From Candidatus Latescibacterota bacterium (GTDB lineage Bacteria > Latescibacterota > UBA2968 > UBA8231), in assembly GCA_965217585.1 (NCBI GenBank), contig OZ244561.1, positions 928,001 through 992,000 of the forward strand: 64,000 nucleotides of DNA, given 5' to 3'. The position numbers and the translations under genes are program-made. The notes below the pieces were generated by a model. The model worked only from the letters and a program-made list of their open reading frames with translations, did not search any database and was not told where the DNA came from. Positions 48,079-57,919 of the stretch are shown here, piece by piece (positions within the stretch are counted from its first letter, which is position 1; each line of letters opens with the position of its first letter).

Positions 48079-50307
48079 TCAGAACCTCTGGATGTGCCCG
48101 GGGTCCTGCTCTTGGGGCCGTCCGTGCAGGGGGCACGTGCTCGGCAGTACCTCGCCGGCGATGAAGATCTCCTCTTTCTGATCGGGACAAAAGCGGGTCG
48201 CGATCTTGTTGGAGTCGTTGCAGACCGCGCGGCGCACGACGAGGTCCTCTGGTTCCTCGAACCCGCGGTTTCTCAGGCTGCGATAGGGTTCCACAGTCGC
48301 ATACGCCTCCTTCATAAACCGCGCCCACAAAGGCAGGGCCGCTGCAGAGCCAGTCTGCCTGGGCCAGAGACGCAGACTGGGGTCGTCTATCCCGACCCAG
48401 ACCCCAGCTACGAGATGGGGAGTAAAGCCGATAAACCACGCATCCGTATAGTCGTTAGTCGTGCCGGTTTTGCCGGCAGCTTCGGGCCGGAAGTCGTACT
48501 TCGTGCGGATGCCGTGTCCGGTGCCTTCGTCGACGACCGAGCGCAGCATATCCGCAACAACTACGGCCACGGCCGGCCGCAGCACCTCCTGCTTACGACC
48601 GCTTTCCCGCGTAAAAAAGACATTGCCGTCCTTGCTTTCCAAGCGGCTGATGGCCATCGGATCGACGTGGATACCCTTATTGGGGAAGACCGCGTACGCA
48701 GACACCAAATCGAGGAGTAGCACCTCGCTGGTGCCGACGCCGATGGAGGGAATGGCCTGGATGGGCGTGGATATGCCCATATTGCGGGCATAGCTCCGAA
48801 TCAGGGGTGGGCCGAGTTCGTCGGCCAGCTTGATGGAGATGAGGTTGCGCGACCGCTTTAGCCCTTCGCGCAGCGTCATCGGCCCCAAGAACTTCTTGTC
48901 GTAGTTCTCGGGGTCCCAAAACTTTTCGCGCCTGTGGTCCCAGAGCGTAAAGGCATTGTCGTCGAGCATATCCACCGCAAAGCGATTGTTGTCGATGGCG
49001 GCCGTGTACACGAAGGGCTTGAACGCGGACCCAGGCTGCCGCTTGGCCTGGGTGGCGCGGTTGAATTTGCTGCGGCTGAAGTCGCGGCCCCCAATCATGG
49101 CCAAGATGTGACCAGTGGCCGGATCCATGGCCACGAAGGCGGCTTGGACTATGGCCGAATCGCGTACGCTGCGGGACGCGCCCACGACTTTTAGGTACTG
49201 ATCCACCTTTTTCTGCACCTCGCTTATTTCAACCGCAAAGTGCTTTTCGGCGATCTGCTGCAAGCGCGAGTCGAGCGTAGTGTGGACCACAAAACCCTCG
49301 CGATAGGTTGCCATGCCAAACTCGCGCTGCATCTGCTGGCGGACGTACTCGACAAAGTACGGGGCTATGCCATACGTCTCCTCGCGGCTACCCCTGCGAG
49401 CGGCGATGGGTTCGCTGCACAGGGAATCGCGCTCGGCGGGCGTAATCGCGCCGTTGTCGGCCATGCTGTACAGCACCAGATTGCGGCGCTTGCGGGCGCG
49501 TTCGGGGTGGCGCAGGGGGCTATTGCGGTTTGGCCCCGGGAGCAGCCCGACGAGCAAGGCACTCTCTTCGAGCGCGAGTTTATCGACTTCGCTGTCAAAG
49601 TACAGGCGCGCCGCCGACTTAACCCCGTAGGCACCGGCACCGAAATAGACCGTGTTGAGGTACATAGTCATTATCTCGGGCTTGGTGTACAGGCGCTCGA
49701 TTAAGACGGCGGTGATCTGTTCGCGAATCTTGCGCGCGAACGTGGCCGCCAGAGCCGTAAAGGAAGCGCTGCTGCGCTGGGTGCCAACCTCAGAGAAGCT
49801 CTTGCGGGCGAGCTGCTGGGTGAGCGTGCTGGCCCCTTGGCCGATGAGGCGTCCATCCTTGAGGTTGGCCAGCAGCGCTCCGGGGATGCGGTAGATATCG
49901 ATGCCCCAATGCGAGAAGAAGCGCCGATCTTCACTCGCGAGGAGAGCGGCCTGCATGGATGCGGGGATTTCCTCATAGGTGACGATTTCGCGGTTTTCTT
50001 CGAGGAAGTCCTGCAAGTGGCGGCCGTCGGCCGAATACACGTTGGTGACCCGTTTGGGCCGGAAGCTCCAAGCGTCAATGTCGGGCAAGTTGTCGTTGAA
50101 GATCAGATAGCCACTCACGCCGACAACGGCGTACAAGGCGAAGCAGCAAGCGGTGTAGAGCAGCAGCCTCTTGAGCAGTGAGAGGCTAATCGCGCGTTTC
50201 GCTCCTTCTATTACCCTGTCCAGAAGCCCTTTATTCACATTGCTCAGTAAGAGTCTAGCCACGCGTTTCGCTCCTTCTACTACCCTGCCCAGAAGCCCTT
50301 TATTCAT
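48079..50307 (-). CDS. Class A penicillin-binding protein (PBP1A family)
   Basis: EDRRFFSH, GASTLTQQL, RKIRE, SAFK, SRN, KTGT. Confidence 0.94.
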   Translation of the reverse strand: MNKGLLGRVVEGAKRVARLLLSNVNKGLLDRVIEGAKRAISLSLLKRLLLYTACCFALYAVVGVSGYLIFNDNLPDIDAWSFRPKRVTNVYSADGRHLQDFLEENREIVTYEEIPASMQAALLASEDRRFFSHWGIDIYRIPGALLANLKDGRLIGQGASTLTQQLARKSFSEVGTQRSSASFTALAATFARKIREQITAVLIERLYTKPEIMTMYLNTVYFGAGAYGVKSAARLYFDSEVDKLALEESALLVGLLPGPNRNSPLRHPERARKRRNLVLYSMADNGAITPAERDSLCSEPIAARRGSREETYGIAPYFVEYVRQQMQREFGMATYREGFVVHTTLDSRLQQIAEKHFAVEISEVQKKVDQYLKVVGASRSVRDSAIVQAAFVAMDPATGHILAMIGGRDFSRSKFNRATQAKRQPGSAFKPFVYTAAIDNNRFAVDMLDDNAFTLWDHRREKFWDPENYDKKFLGPMTLREGLKRSRNLISIKLADELGPPLIRSYARNMGISTPIQAIPSIGVGTSEVLLLDLVSAYAVFPNKGIHVDPMAISRLESKDGNVFFTRESGRKQEVLRPAVAVVVADMLRSVVDEGTGHGIRTKYDFRPEAAGKTGTTNDYTDAWFIGFTPHLVAGVWVGIDDPSLRLWPRQTGSAAALPLWARFMKEAYATVEPYRSLRNRGFEEPEDLVVRRAVCNDSNKIATRFCPDQKEEIFIAGEVLPSTCPLHGRPQEQDPGHIQRF

Positions 50308-53300
50308 AGTAGCCCTTGACCCAGCGCGTGTTGTATTCCTGCAAGTATTCTAGATGCGCGCTGGTTTGCGGGTAGTGCTCGTGCGTTGGGTACGGGTAGC
50401 CGGACATGCCGTGAAAGGGGAGCGGCCCAACCGTTAGCGAGTGCGCCGAGTGCAGATCCATGTCCTTGCCAAAGCCGTCGGCGTACAGCAGGAACGAGCG
50501 CACCAGACCAGCCGCGGGCGGCGGCAAGGCGGCGAATTCAACGGTCAGCTCGTCGCCGTGGAACATGATGACAAAGCGGTCGTCAATGCCCTCGACCAGC
50601 TCCTCCACCGGGCCGAAGCGGGTGAAGGCTCCGGCGTGGGTGCCCCAAGGCGCTTCTAACGCCAATTGATCGTAGTGATAGCGAAAGGCAAAGGTGCCCT
50701 TGATAGCCGTGTGGGCCGGGTAGCCTCGCCAGTGGAGATCGCTCTGCGCCGGTTGTAGGCGGTGGACCGCGAGAGGAACATCCGCAGCGTCGCCGACGAG
50801 CAGTTGGTCCCAGTAGAGCGCGGTGTTGGTTTCGATCCGCAGCCGGTAGTCGTCGGACGGGAACAGGCCGGCCAAGTCGAAAAGCGCGTGTTTGGGCAGG
50901 CCCGCCGGGCAACCCATATCTGCGCTGACTTCGACCCATCCCCCCTCGCCATCGGCCACCGACAGGCGGGGTGGATACAGCGACAAGCCGCGCTGTGCGG
51001 CGCTCCAATTCGAGGTCGAATGCGCGTAGTCAACCCACCCGTAACCGAGTAAGACCGGATGGGCGAATTCGGACAGGTCGCCCAAGTCCAGCTCTAGCGC
51101 ATAGTCTTCGGCATAGCCGTGTATGTCGAGCCGGCCAAACCCGTCATACCACTCGTCGTCGATCTCTTGCAGGGCGGCCAACACGTCCGCACCCCGGTGA
51201 TCACGGGCGGCCACGGGCGGGCGCAGCCCTCGCAGGGGATACAGCTTGAACTCCGGATAGGGCGGCGCGGAAAGCAGGCGCTCGTTGGGATATATGTCTA
51301 ACTCGGGCGGATGATCGACAGCGATCAGTTCGAGGGCATCGACGTAAATGATTTCCTCTAGCTGATTGGCTAGCTGCAAGACGTAGCGGCCGTCCTTAGG
51401 AGCCAGCGGCCCCAAGCGAACGTACTCGTCGGTGTCGGGCTGGTAGTACTGGCCTGGGGCGGTCAAGTAGCCAATAATGGCCCCCCCGAGAATGTCGGTG
51501 ACAAAGCGATAGCGCTCGCCATCCCAAGCATAGAGAATGGGGCACGAAGTGCCCTTGCGGTCGAGTTCCGTCAGATCCAGCCGCTGTCCGGCCCCGGTGG
51601 CCAACTCGGTCTGACGCACGCCCCCGGGCCAGAGGATGCGGATGAATTCGACCGAGTCGCTCTGCGCCAAGCCGAAGTGGAGCACGCCTGCGTACCCTCT
51701 GCTGCGGATTTCGCGCTTCTGGAGGCGGTGGGTGGTTTTCACCTCCACCTTGGCCCCGACACCGTCGCGATTGCTGTTAAGCCCTTGGGCGGCGATCTCG
51801 ATCCAGTGCCCCCCCTCGCTCTGGTTGTGCAACACCCGGCCACCCGCCCAAATATCCACGCGGCCGTCGCCGTTGAAATCGGCCATGAGCGCAGCCCCAC
51901 CCGGCTCGTCGAGCGGGGTTTGCGGCTGGAACTGACCGTCGCTATACGCGAGCGGTTGCAGCCGCTCGTCCTCGCAGGCGAGTAGGTCGAGGTCGCCGTC
52001 GTTGTCGAGATCGGCGGAAAGCAGTGCCCGCCCACCGGACGCAGCCGACGCCTCGGCCCGGACGAAGGCGCGACCGGCTTGGTTTATATGCATCTCTACC
52101 GCACCGCTAGCCGCAATAGCCAAGTCCATATAGCCGTCTTGGTTGAAGTCCTCAACGGCCAAGCCCGCGCCCTGCACTGCGCCCAAGCCCAAGGCCGCGG
52201 CGATTTCCGCGAACGTGCCGTCGCGATTGTTGGTATGGACTTGCAGGCCCTCGCCCGAGAGGAGTACCATATCCACGTCGCGGTCGTTGTCGAGGTCGGA
52301 GAATGCAGCGCGGTCAGCCGCGGCCGAACCGGCTGGTTGTCCCGTGGCGGCGAAACGGGCCTCTCCATCGTTGGCCAGCAGCGAGACGCGCGGGCCGAGC
52401 ACCAGCAGATCGAGGTCGCCGTCGTGGTCGGCATCGCCCAGCGCAACTCTGGTCGAGGCGACGGACAGGTCTTCGCCAGCGGCCCATTCGCCGTTGGCCG
52501 CTCGGTAGAGCAGGGTTCCGCCCGCGCCGCTGAGGACCAAGTCGGCGGTCCCGTCGTTGTCGAGGTCGCCGGAGATCGCGCTGGTCGCCCCAAAGCCGTC
52601 GGGGACCGTCGGAGCGGTAAGCACTTCCGCTGTACCACCGGCGTACACGTGCAAACCCTCGGCCCCAGCCAAGACATCCGGCCGGCCATCCGCGTCAAAG
52701 TCGCCCAAAGCGGCAAAACGCACCGAGCCAGTCGCCGGGCCGACCGCGGCGAATGCAAAAGGCCCGGCCACGTCGTCCTGACTCGGATCGCCGCCACCGG
52801 CGTCGGCGACGGCCTCGGCGTATTTGCCCTGCCCCTGATAGGACGAAGAAACGCCTTGGTGGCCGGCTTGGCTGAGCTGGTTGAAGTGCTCCAAGGTGCT
52901 TTTCCACTCCTCCTCGCGCCCGAGCCGCCGGTAGAGATTGGCCAACCCGTAATAGGCCGATACGTTGTAGGGATCGAGGCGGATGGCCTCCTTGAAGTCG
53001 GCGATAGCGGCCTCGCCCTCGTTTAGCTTGGCCCGCATTTGCCCCATGTAGTAGCGCACGTGGGGGTCGTCGCGGTCGGCGGCGGCGACCTTTTGCAAGG
53101 CGGCGAGCGCTTTGCCGTGCTCCCGGCCTTGAGCATTATAGATCAGGCCCAAGGCGTAGTTGGCGTGGAGGAGGTCGGGGTCGATGGCAATGGCGGTTTG
53201 CAGGGCCGTGGCAGCGCTGTCGTACTTGCCGAGGGCATAGTACGCAATGCCGAGATTGGCCTGCGCACTAGCGTAGTCCGGAGCCAAGGCGAGGGCGCGG

Positions 53301-53488
53301 GCAAACTCCTCCCGGCCGCGCGTGTAGTTGTGTTGATCCATATAGACCACGCCCTGATTGTTGTGCCAGCGCGCCTTGGGGGGCCAAGTCGGCGGCCCCT
53401 CGGGCGGCCCCTGCTCACAGGCCGCTCCCAAGAGGGCCGCGACGAGGGACAACAGGGCCTGGCGCACCTTGACGCTTATATGGGGCAT
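50300..53488 (-). CDS. TPR + FG-GAP/VCBS + ASPIC/UnbV lipoprotein
   Basis: GAAC lipobox, TPRs, DxDxDGxxD repeats, SNRDGVGAKVEV...LHFGL...WPGG, SCPILYAWDG, GFGKDMD; start 53488 or GTG 53467. Confidence 0.87.
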   Translation of the reverse strand: MPHISVKVRQALLSLVAALLGAACEQGPPEGPPTWPPKARWHNNQGVVYMDQHNYTRGREEFARALALAPDYASAQANLGIAYYALGKYDSAATALQTAIAIDPDLLHANYALGLIYNAQGREHGKALAALQKVAAADRDDPHVRYYMGQMRAKLNEGEAAIADFKEAIRLDPYNVSAYYGLANLYRRLGREEEWKSTLEHFNQLSQAGHQGVSSSYQGQGKYAEAVADAGGGDPSQDDVAGPFAFAAVGPATGSVRFAALGDFDADGRPDVLAGAEGLHVYAGGTAEVLTAPTVPDGFGATSAISGDLDNDGTADLVLSGAGGTLLYRAANGEWAAGEDLSVASTRVALGDADHDGDLDLLVLGPRVSLLANDGEARFAATGQPAGSAAADRAAFSDLDNDRDVDMVLLSGEGLQVHTNNRDGTFAEIAAALGLGAVQGAGLAVEDFNQDGYMDLAIAASGAVEMHINQAGRAFVRAEASAASGGRALLSADLDNDGDLDLLACEDERLQPLAYSDGQFQPQTPLDEPGGAALMADFNGDGRVDIWAGGRVLHNQSEGGHWIEIAAQGLNSNRDGVGAKVEVKTTHRLQKREIRSRGYAGVLHFGLAQSDSVEFIRILWPGGVRQTELATGAGQRLDLTELDRKGTSCPILYAWDGERYRFVTDILGGAIIGYLTAPGQYYQPDTDEYVRLGPLAPKDGRYVLQLANQLEEIIYVDALELIAVDHPPELDIYPNERLLSAPPYPEFKLYPLRGLRPPVAARDHRGADVLAALQEIDDEWYDGFGRLDIHGYAEDYALELDLGDLSEFAHPVLLGYGWVDYAHSTSNWSAAQRGLSLYPPRLSVADGEGGWVEVSADMGCPAGLPKHALFDLAGLFPSDDYRLRIETNTALYWDQLLVGDAADVPLAVHRLQPAQSDLHWRGYPAHTAIKGTFAFRYHYDQLALEAPWGTHAGAFTRFGPVEELVEGIDDRFVIMFHGDELTVEFAALPPPAAGLVRSFLLYADGFGKDMDLHSAHSLTVGPLPFHGMSGYPYPTHEHYPQTSAHLEYLQEYNTRWVKGYYE

Positions 53489-53497
53489 GGTTATATT
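53469..53497 (+). promoter_or_regulatory. Sigma70 promoter of tRNA-Gly
   Basis: TTGACG-17bp-TATATT, about 30 bp upstream of the tRNA. Confidence 0.65.
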
Positions 53498-53526
53498 TTT
53501 TCCTCCTATAGCGGATCAATTTTCGA

Positions 53527-53602
53527 GCGAGAGTAGCTCAGTTGGTAGAGCTCCACGTTGCCAACGTGGTTGTCGCGGGTTCGAGTCCCGTCTCTCGCTC
53601 CA
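53527..53602 (+). tRNA. tRNA-Gly(GCC)
   Basis: Acceptor GCGAGAG/CTCTCGC, D-arm GCTC/GAGC, anticodon stem CCACG/CGTGG with loop TTGCCAA, GGTTCGAGTCC, U73, encoded CCA. Confidence 0.96.
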
Positions 53603-53699
53603 TTTTTTTGCCTTAACCTCCATTTCAATATAGCTATAACCCCCATTGAGAAAAGGCTGAGCCGGTCTTGCGTCGGGTCGAGTTATAGGGAATCCAGGC

Positions 53700-54845
53700 T
53701 CAATTTCCAGAGGGATCCGCCGGACCGACAAAGCGCTGGCCAAGGCGGAACAAATCGCCCAGTGGATTTTTGCGGTCCTCCAGGGCGTCGGCTATAACCG
53801 GTCCAATGGAACCGCCGAATTTAAAGCCGTGGCCGCTGCCACAGCCGGCGATGAGAATCCCCCGCGCCGCCGGGGCCCAGTCGATGACGAAGTGGTCGTC
53901 GGGCGTATTGGTGTACAGGCAGGCGCGGCCCCCCACCAGTCGGGCCCCTTCTAGAGCGGGCAGGCGCTGGGCGACAAAGGCGCGGGCCTGGTCGAGGAAG
54001 TCGGGACTGGGTTGGCGATCGGCCTCGGGCTCGGCGCGCTCCACTTTGCTGTCCTCGGCGATTTTGACGTACCCTTCGCGCAGCAGCGGGAAGCCGTACC
54101 AGGCCGCCTCGGGACTCAGCGCCGTCCACACGGGAAACACCTTCTGGGCGAACGTTTCGGGCTCGGCCGGAGCCAAGAAGGCCATTTGCTGGCGCGTTAT
54201 GCGCAGGTGGTCCTTTAAAGTGGGAAAAAGACGCACCACCCAAGCACCGGCGGCGACCACGACGCGGTCGAATAGAGGGCGATCTGACCCTGTGGCTAGG
54301 CGGATACCCCGGTCGGTCTCGTCCATGGCCTGCACCGGGGTGTGGGTGCGGATAGCAACGCCCTGGTCCCGGGCCAGATCGGCCAGATCGGCCACGGCCT
54401 GACCGCTGCGCAAATAGCCGGACCAGGGATCGTAAAAGAGCGTGTCGTCGTCCTGCACGGCAAATTGGGGGAAGCGCTGGCGGACCTGAGCCGGGCTCAG
54501 CACTTCGACTGTTTTCCCCCGCTGGCGCAGCGTCTCCAAGCCGCGGCGGGCTGGGCTGTCGGTGGGCAAATCGCCCCAGATATTGAGCTTGCCGGTCTGG
54601 TAGTAGATGGCCCGGCTGAGCTGGTCGTGCCACCGGCACCACTGATGCGCGGCCCGCTCGCCCAGTTCGTGGTAGGTCTCCTCGGGGTAGCTGGTGCGGC
54701 GGATGACTTTGGACACATCGGTCGAGGAGGCATCCGGACAGGGGATGGGGCCGCGTTCGAAGAGGGTGACCCGGTGGCCCCGCCGGTTGAGTTCCAAGGC
54801 TGCCGCCAAGCCGAAAATGCCCGCTCCTACAATGCCGACGCGCAT
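53700..54845 (-). CDS. FAD-dependent oxidoreductase (sarcosine oxidase/fructosyl-amino acid oxidase-like)
   Basis: IVGAGIFG, ASSTDVSKVIR, CLYTNTPDDHFVID, GSGHGFKFG. Confidence 0.88.
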   Translation of the reverse strand: MRVGIVGAGIFGLAAALELNRRGHRVTLFERGPIPCPDASSTDVSKVIRRTSYPEETYHELGERAAHQWCRWHDQLSRAIYYQTGKLNIWGDLPTDSPARRGLETLRQRGKTVEVLSPAQVRQRFPQFAVQDDDTLFYDPWSGYLRSGQAVADLADLARDQGVAIRTHTPVQAMDETDRGIRLATGSDRPLFDRVVVAAGAWVVRLFPTLKDHLRITRQQMAFLAPAEPETFAQKVFPVWTALSPEAAWYGFPLLREGYVKIAEDSKVERAEPEADRQPSPDFLDQARAFVAQRLPALEGARLVGGRACLYTNTPDDHFVIDWAPAARGILIAGCGSGHGFKFGGSIGPVIADALEDRKNPLGDLFRLGQRFVGPADPSGN

Positions 54846-54874
54846 GGCTGCCAAGGCTAGAGTTCCTCTATTGC

Positions 54875-57271
54875 CTACAGGGCCGCGCGGCGCTCGCGGA
54901 TTTGCAGCAGGGCCGGCAGCAGGGTGACGGACGTGATAAAACAGGATCCCAAGCCCACCAGCGAGAGCACGCCAATCGACGTGAGCGCCGGGTGGATGGC
55001 CGGCACCAATCCCGAGAAGCCGACCATCGTCGTCAGCGACGTAGCCAACAGCGCGACCCCGGTCGTGCGCAACACCAGTCGCAGCGAGCCGCGACCGACT
55101 TCTTGGTAGCGGTGGAAGATGTGGACGCTGTTGTCAACGCCCATGCCGATGATCGTCGGGAAGGCCACCATGTTGTAGAGGTTGAGCTTGATGTCAAACG
55201 CATACATGAAGCCCACGACCCACACCAAGGCGTTCAAAAGCGGCGTCAGCACCAATAGGGTATCGACGAAACTCCGCAAGTCGATGAGCAGCACCACCGC
55301 GACGACCGCGAGCGTGAGGATCACGGCGAGGGAGCTGTCTTCGAGCATGACCTTGAGCATCTCGGCGACGATGATATGCGAGCTAGAGGCTATGTAGGTC
55401 TTGCCCACCGGCGTTTCAATGCGGCTGATTTCCTCGGCAAAGCGGATGGCGTCTTTCCCGTCCTTGAGTTCGACCGCGGCGTTGATCGCCACAAAGTTGA
55501 GGATGTTGCCGTCCTTGTCCTTGAACGCGTTGGTCAAGTCCGCGGGCAGGTCGTAGAGCGTTAGCTTCTCCACGTCGAGGTACGGGCGCAGCGAATCCAG
55601 TTTAGCCCGTTCGCTTTCGCTGAACAGACCTTCTTCCCGGTCGAGCAAGGCGCGGATGTCGGCGATGAGCGCCAGTTTGTCGTCTTGGGCTTGCGGCAGC
55701 GCGGAGTACACGCTCTTGACGCTGAGGACCGTAGAGGAGTCGCCGTGGGCGGCCTTGATGCCCTCGACCGTGCGAACCACCTCCATGGCCTCGTCGTAGC
55801 TTTCGGTCAGCACGATGGCCGGCGAGCGGCCTTCCTTCAGGCTCTGGGGCAGGCTGCCCTTGTTGATGTTGGGCGGCGGCGCGGGCTTGAGCTTGCTGAA
55901 GTCGTATTCAAATTCCAAATCGCCGAGATGGTACAGCGAGTACCCGGTGATCACCGCGCCCACCAGCAAGGTAGCCCAAGGCTTTGGGTAGCGACCTGTG
56001 CGCCAGAGGACGCTTCTCTTGCGAATCGTGATGACCAACCGCAGGCGCTCGGCGAGGACGATGAAGGCCGGGCATATAGCGACCATGGCCACCAGCGAAA
56101 AGAGGATGCCGGTTCCCACGATAAAGCCGAACTCCGAGAAACCCTTAAAATCCGTCAACAGTAGCGAATAAAAGGCGATCGAGGTAGTCAACGCCGTCGT
56201 AGTCAGGGCCTTGCCCGTGTGCCTGACGGTCACGGTCAGGGCCTGTTCGATGTCCATGCCTCGGCGTCGGGCCTCGCGGTAGCGGGCGAAGATGTGAATA
56301 CCAAAGTCGATGCCCAGCCCAAAGAGGATGGCGAAAAGCCCCACGGTGATCATGTTGAGGCTGCCGATGGCCAAGTAGGTGACGCCAAAAGTCCAAGTCA
56401 GGCTCATCAGCAACGGCAAAGTGATGAAGAGCGAGCCAATCACTTGGCGGAAGAATAGTGTGATGAGCAGGAGCACGCCGACGATGCTGTACAAAGCCGT
56501 TGACTTGAGATCTCGTATGATGATTGTGAATTGGTTGGCGCTGTTGTGGAAACTGCCCTTGTACACGCATTCGATGCTGGGGTGGAAGCGCTCCGGGCCG
56601 ATGGCGGCAATGGTCTGGTCGAGATGGTCAATCAGAGCCTGCGAGAAGGCGACGTCTGTGGTAAGCCCGGCCGGATAGAGTCGCAGGATGACGCCGTTGC
56701 CCTCTTGCGTGACGAAGTACTGGCGGTATTGCTCTGCAACCGCGGTCGCAGAGCCGTCCTGTTGGTACTTGGCCTCAATATCCGAAAAGTCGAGCACCTG
56801 CTCTTCCTCGTCGTCAAAGGCGAAATAGAGCGGCGACTGCTTGAGCTTTTGCAACTCTACGTGCTCGTCGAGGCGGCGGCTGATTTCTCGCAGGTCCTCT
56901 AAGTCCATGTAGAGGAGTTGGTTTTTTTCGAGTAGATCCTTTTTGCTATCGAGGAGGCTCACCGAACTAATCAGCGGGCTGTGTTCGAGCGAATCGGCCA
57001 AGACCAGCATGAAGGAAACGGCCGCGTCCAAGTCGTCGCTGGTAATGACGACCATCAGCGGGCCGATGCCACCGATGCGGTCCTTGATGCGGTTGAGTTC
57101 CCTGACGCTGACGTAATCGTCGGACAAGAGGTCGGCGAAGTCGGTCTTGATGTTTCCGGCCAGCTTGGCGGCAAAAAACCCGGCAAATACCGACAGTATC
57201 GTGGCCAGCGCGATTATGCCGATGTAGTGGTGGTAGATGTAGCGGACCAAGCGCTGGTGGCTTATGGGCAT
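54875..57271 (-). CDS. MMPL/HpnN-like RND transporter
   Basis: Two RND repeats; GLGIDFGIHIFARYRE and GMGVDNSVHIFHRY; DFKGFSEFG; TLLPALL. Confidence 0.9.
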   Translation of the reverse strand: MPISHQRLVRYIYHHYIGIIALATILSVFAGFFAAKLAGNIKTDFADLLSDDYVSVRELNRIKDRIGGIGPLMVVITSDDLDAAVSFMLVLADSLEHSPLISSVSLLDSKKDLLEKNQLLYMDLEDLREISRRLDEHVELQKLKQSPLYFAFDDEEEQVLDFSDIEAKYQQDGSATAVAEQYRQYFVTQEGNGVILRLYPAGLTTDVAFSQALIDHLDQTIAAIGPERFHPSIECVYKGSFHNSANQFTIIIRDLKSTALYSIVGVLLLITLFFRQVIGSLFITLPLLMSLTWTFGVTYLAIGSLNMITVGLFAILFGLGIDFGIHIFARYREARRRGMDIEQALTVTVRHTGKALTTTALTTSIAFYSLLLTDFKGFSEFGFIVGTGILFSLVAMVAICPAFIVLAERLRLVITIRKRSVLWRTGRYPKPWATLLVGAVITGYSLYHLGDLEFEYDFSKLKPAPPPNINKGSLPQSLKEGRSPAIVLTESYDEAMEVVRTVEGIKAAHGDSSTVLSVKSVYSALPQAQDDKLALIADIRALLDREEGLFSESERAKLDSLRPYLDVEKLTLYDLPADLTNAFKDKDGNILNFVAINAAVELKDGKDAIRFAEEISRIETPVGKTYIASSSHIIVAEMLKVMLEDSSLAVILTLAVVAVVLLIDLRSFVDTLLVLTPLLNALVWVVGFMYAFDIKLNLYNMVAFPTIIGMGVDNSVHIFHRYQEVGRGSLRLVLRTTGVALLATSLTTMVGFSGLVPAIHPALTSIGVLSLVGLGSCFITSVTLLPALLQIRERRAAL

Positions 57272-57280
57272 GGCAGAGGG

Positions 57281-57919
57281 TTAATCCCGGGTTGCACCGC
57301 CTGAAGGCGGCGAGAGAATCGTTTCCCGCAGGCGGGCCAACTGCTTGTCGAGCTGGGCGATTAGCTGCTCGTAGCCATTCTTCTCAATGTAGCGGGCATA
57401 GCGCCGCCTGTTGCCCTCGGCAGTGCTAATGCCGTCGATGACCAAGTCGTATATCCGCCACAAACCCTCCACCCGATGGAGCTTGTACGCGATTTCTATT
57501 TGCTCGTCTCGCACGGGTGTCAGCGCTTGGACGACTGCTGCGTCCCCTTGTACCTCAGCCGACTCGTAGCGGATCTCACCCTCGCGGTAGTAGCGGGAGA
57601 AGCTGGCGAAATTCTGCTCGCGAATGATGCTGCTGAACGTTTCGGCGAAGTGGTCGCGCTCGGCCGGGGAGCGGTCTTCCCAGTAATCCCCCAAGGCGAG
57701 GCGGCTCAATTCCCGGAAGTCAAAGGCCGCGTTGATGTGCTCCTTGATCTCTTCCCGCACGGTCGGGGGCAGCGAGTCGGCCGGTGCCTCGGCGAGGATG
57801 GCCTGCACCTCGGCGTCGTGGCCCTTGAGGAAGGCGATGGGGTCGTCGTCCTCTGCGGCCGCGCTGGCAGCCACCGCACCGCAGAGGATTACCCATACAG
57901 CGCACCATAACATTTTCAT
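57281..57919 (-). CDS. MlaC/Ttg2D (HpnM-like) lipid-binding periplasmic protein
   Basis: FDFRELSRLALGDYW, WRIYDLVIDGIS, signal peptide. Confidence 0.85.
   Translation of the reverse strand: MKMLWCAVWVILCGAVAASAAAEDDDPIAFLKGHDAEVQAILAEAPADSLPPTVREEIKEHINAAFDFRELSRLALGDYWEDRSPAERDHFAETFSSIIREQNFASFSRYYREGEIRYESAEVQGDAAVVQALTPVRDEQIEIAYKLHRVEGLWRIYDLVIDGISTAEGNRRRYARYIEKNGYEQLIAQLDKQLARLRETILSPPSGGATRD

Noticed and set aside
53527-53700. Integrative element at tRNA-Gly
   Set aside because: No integrase and no duplicated tRNA 3' end seen in the window
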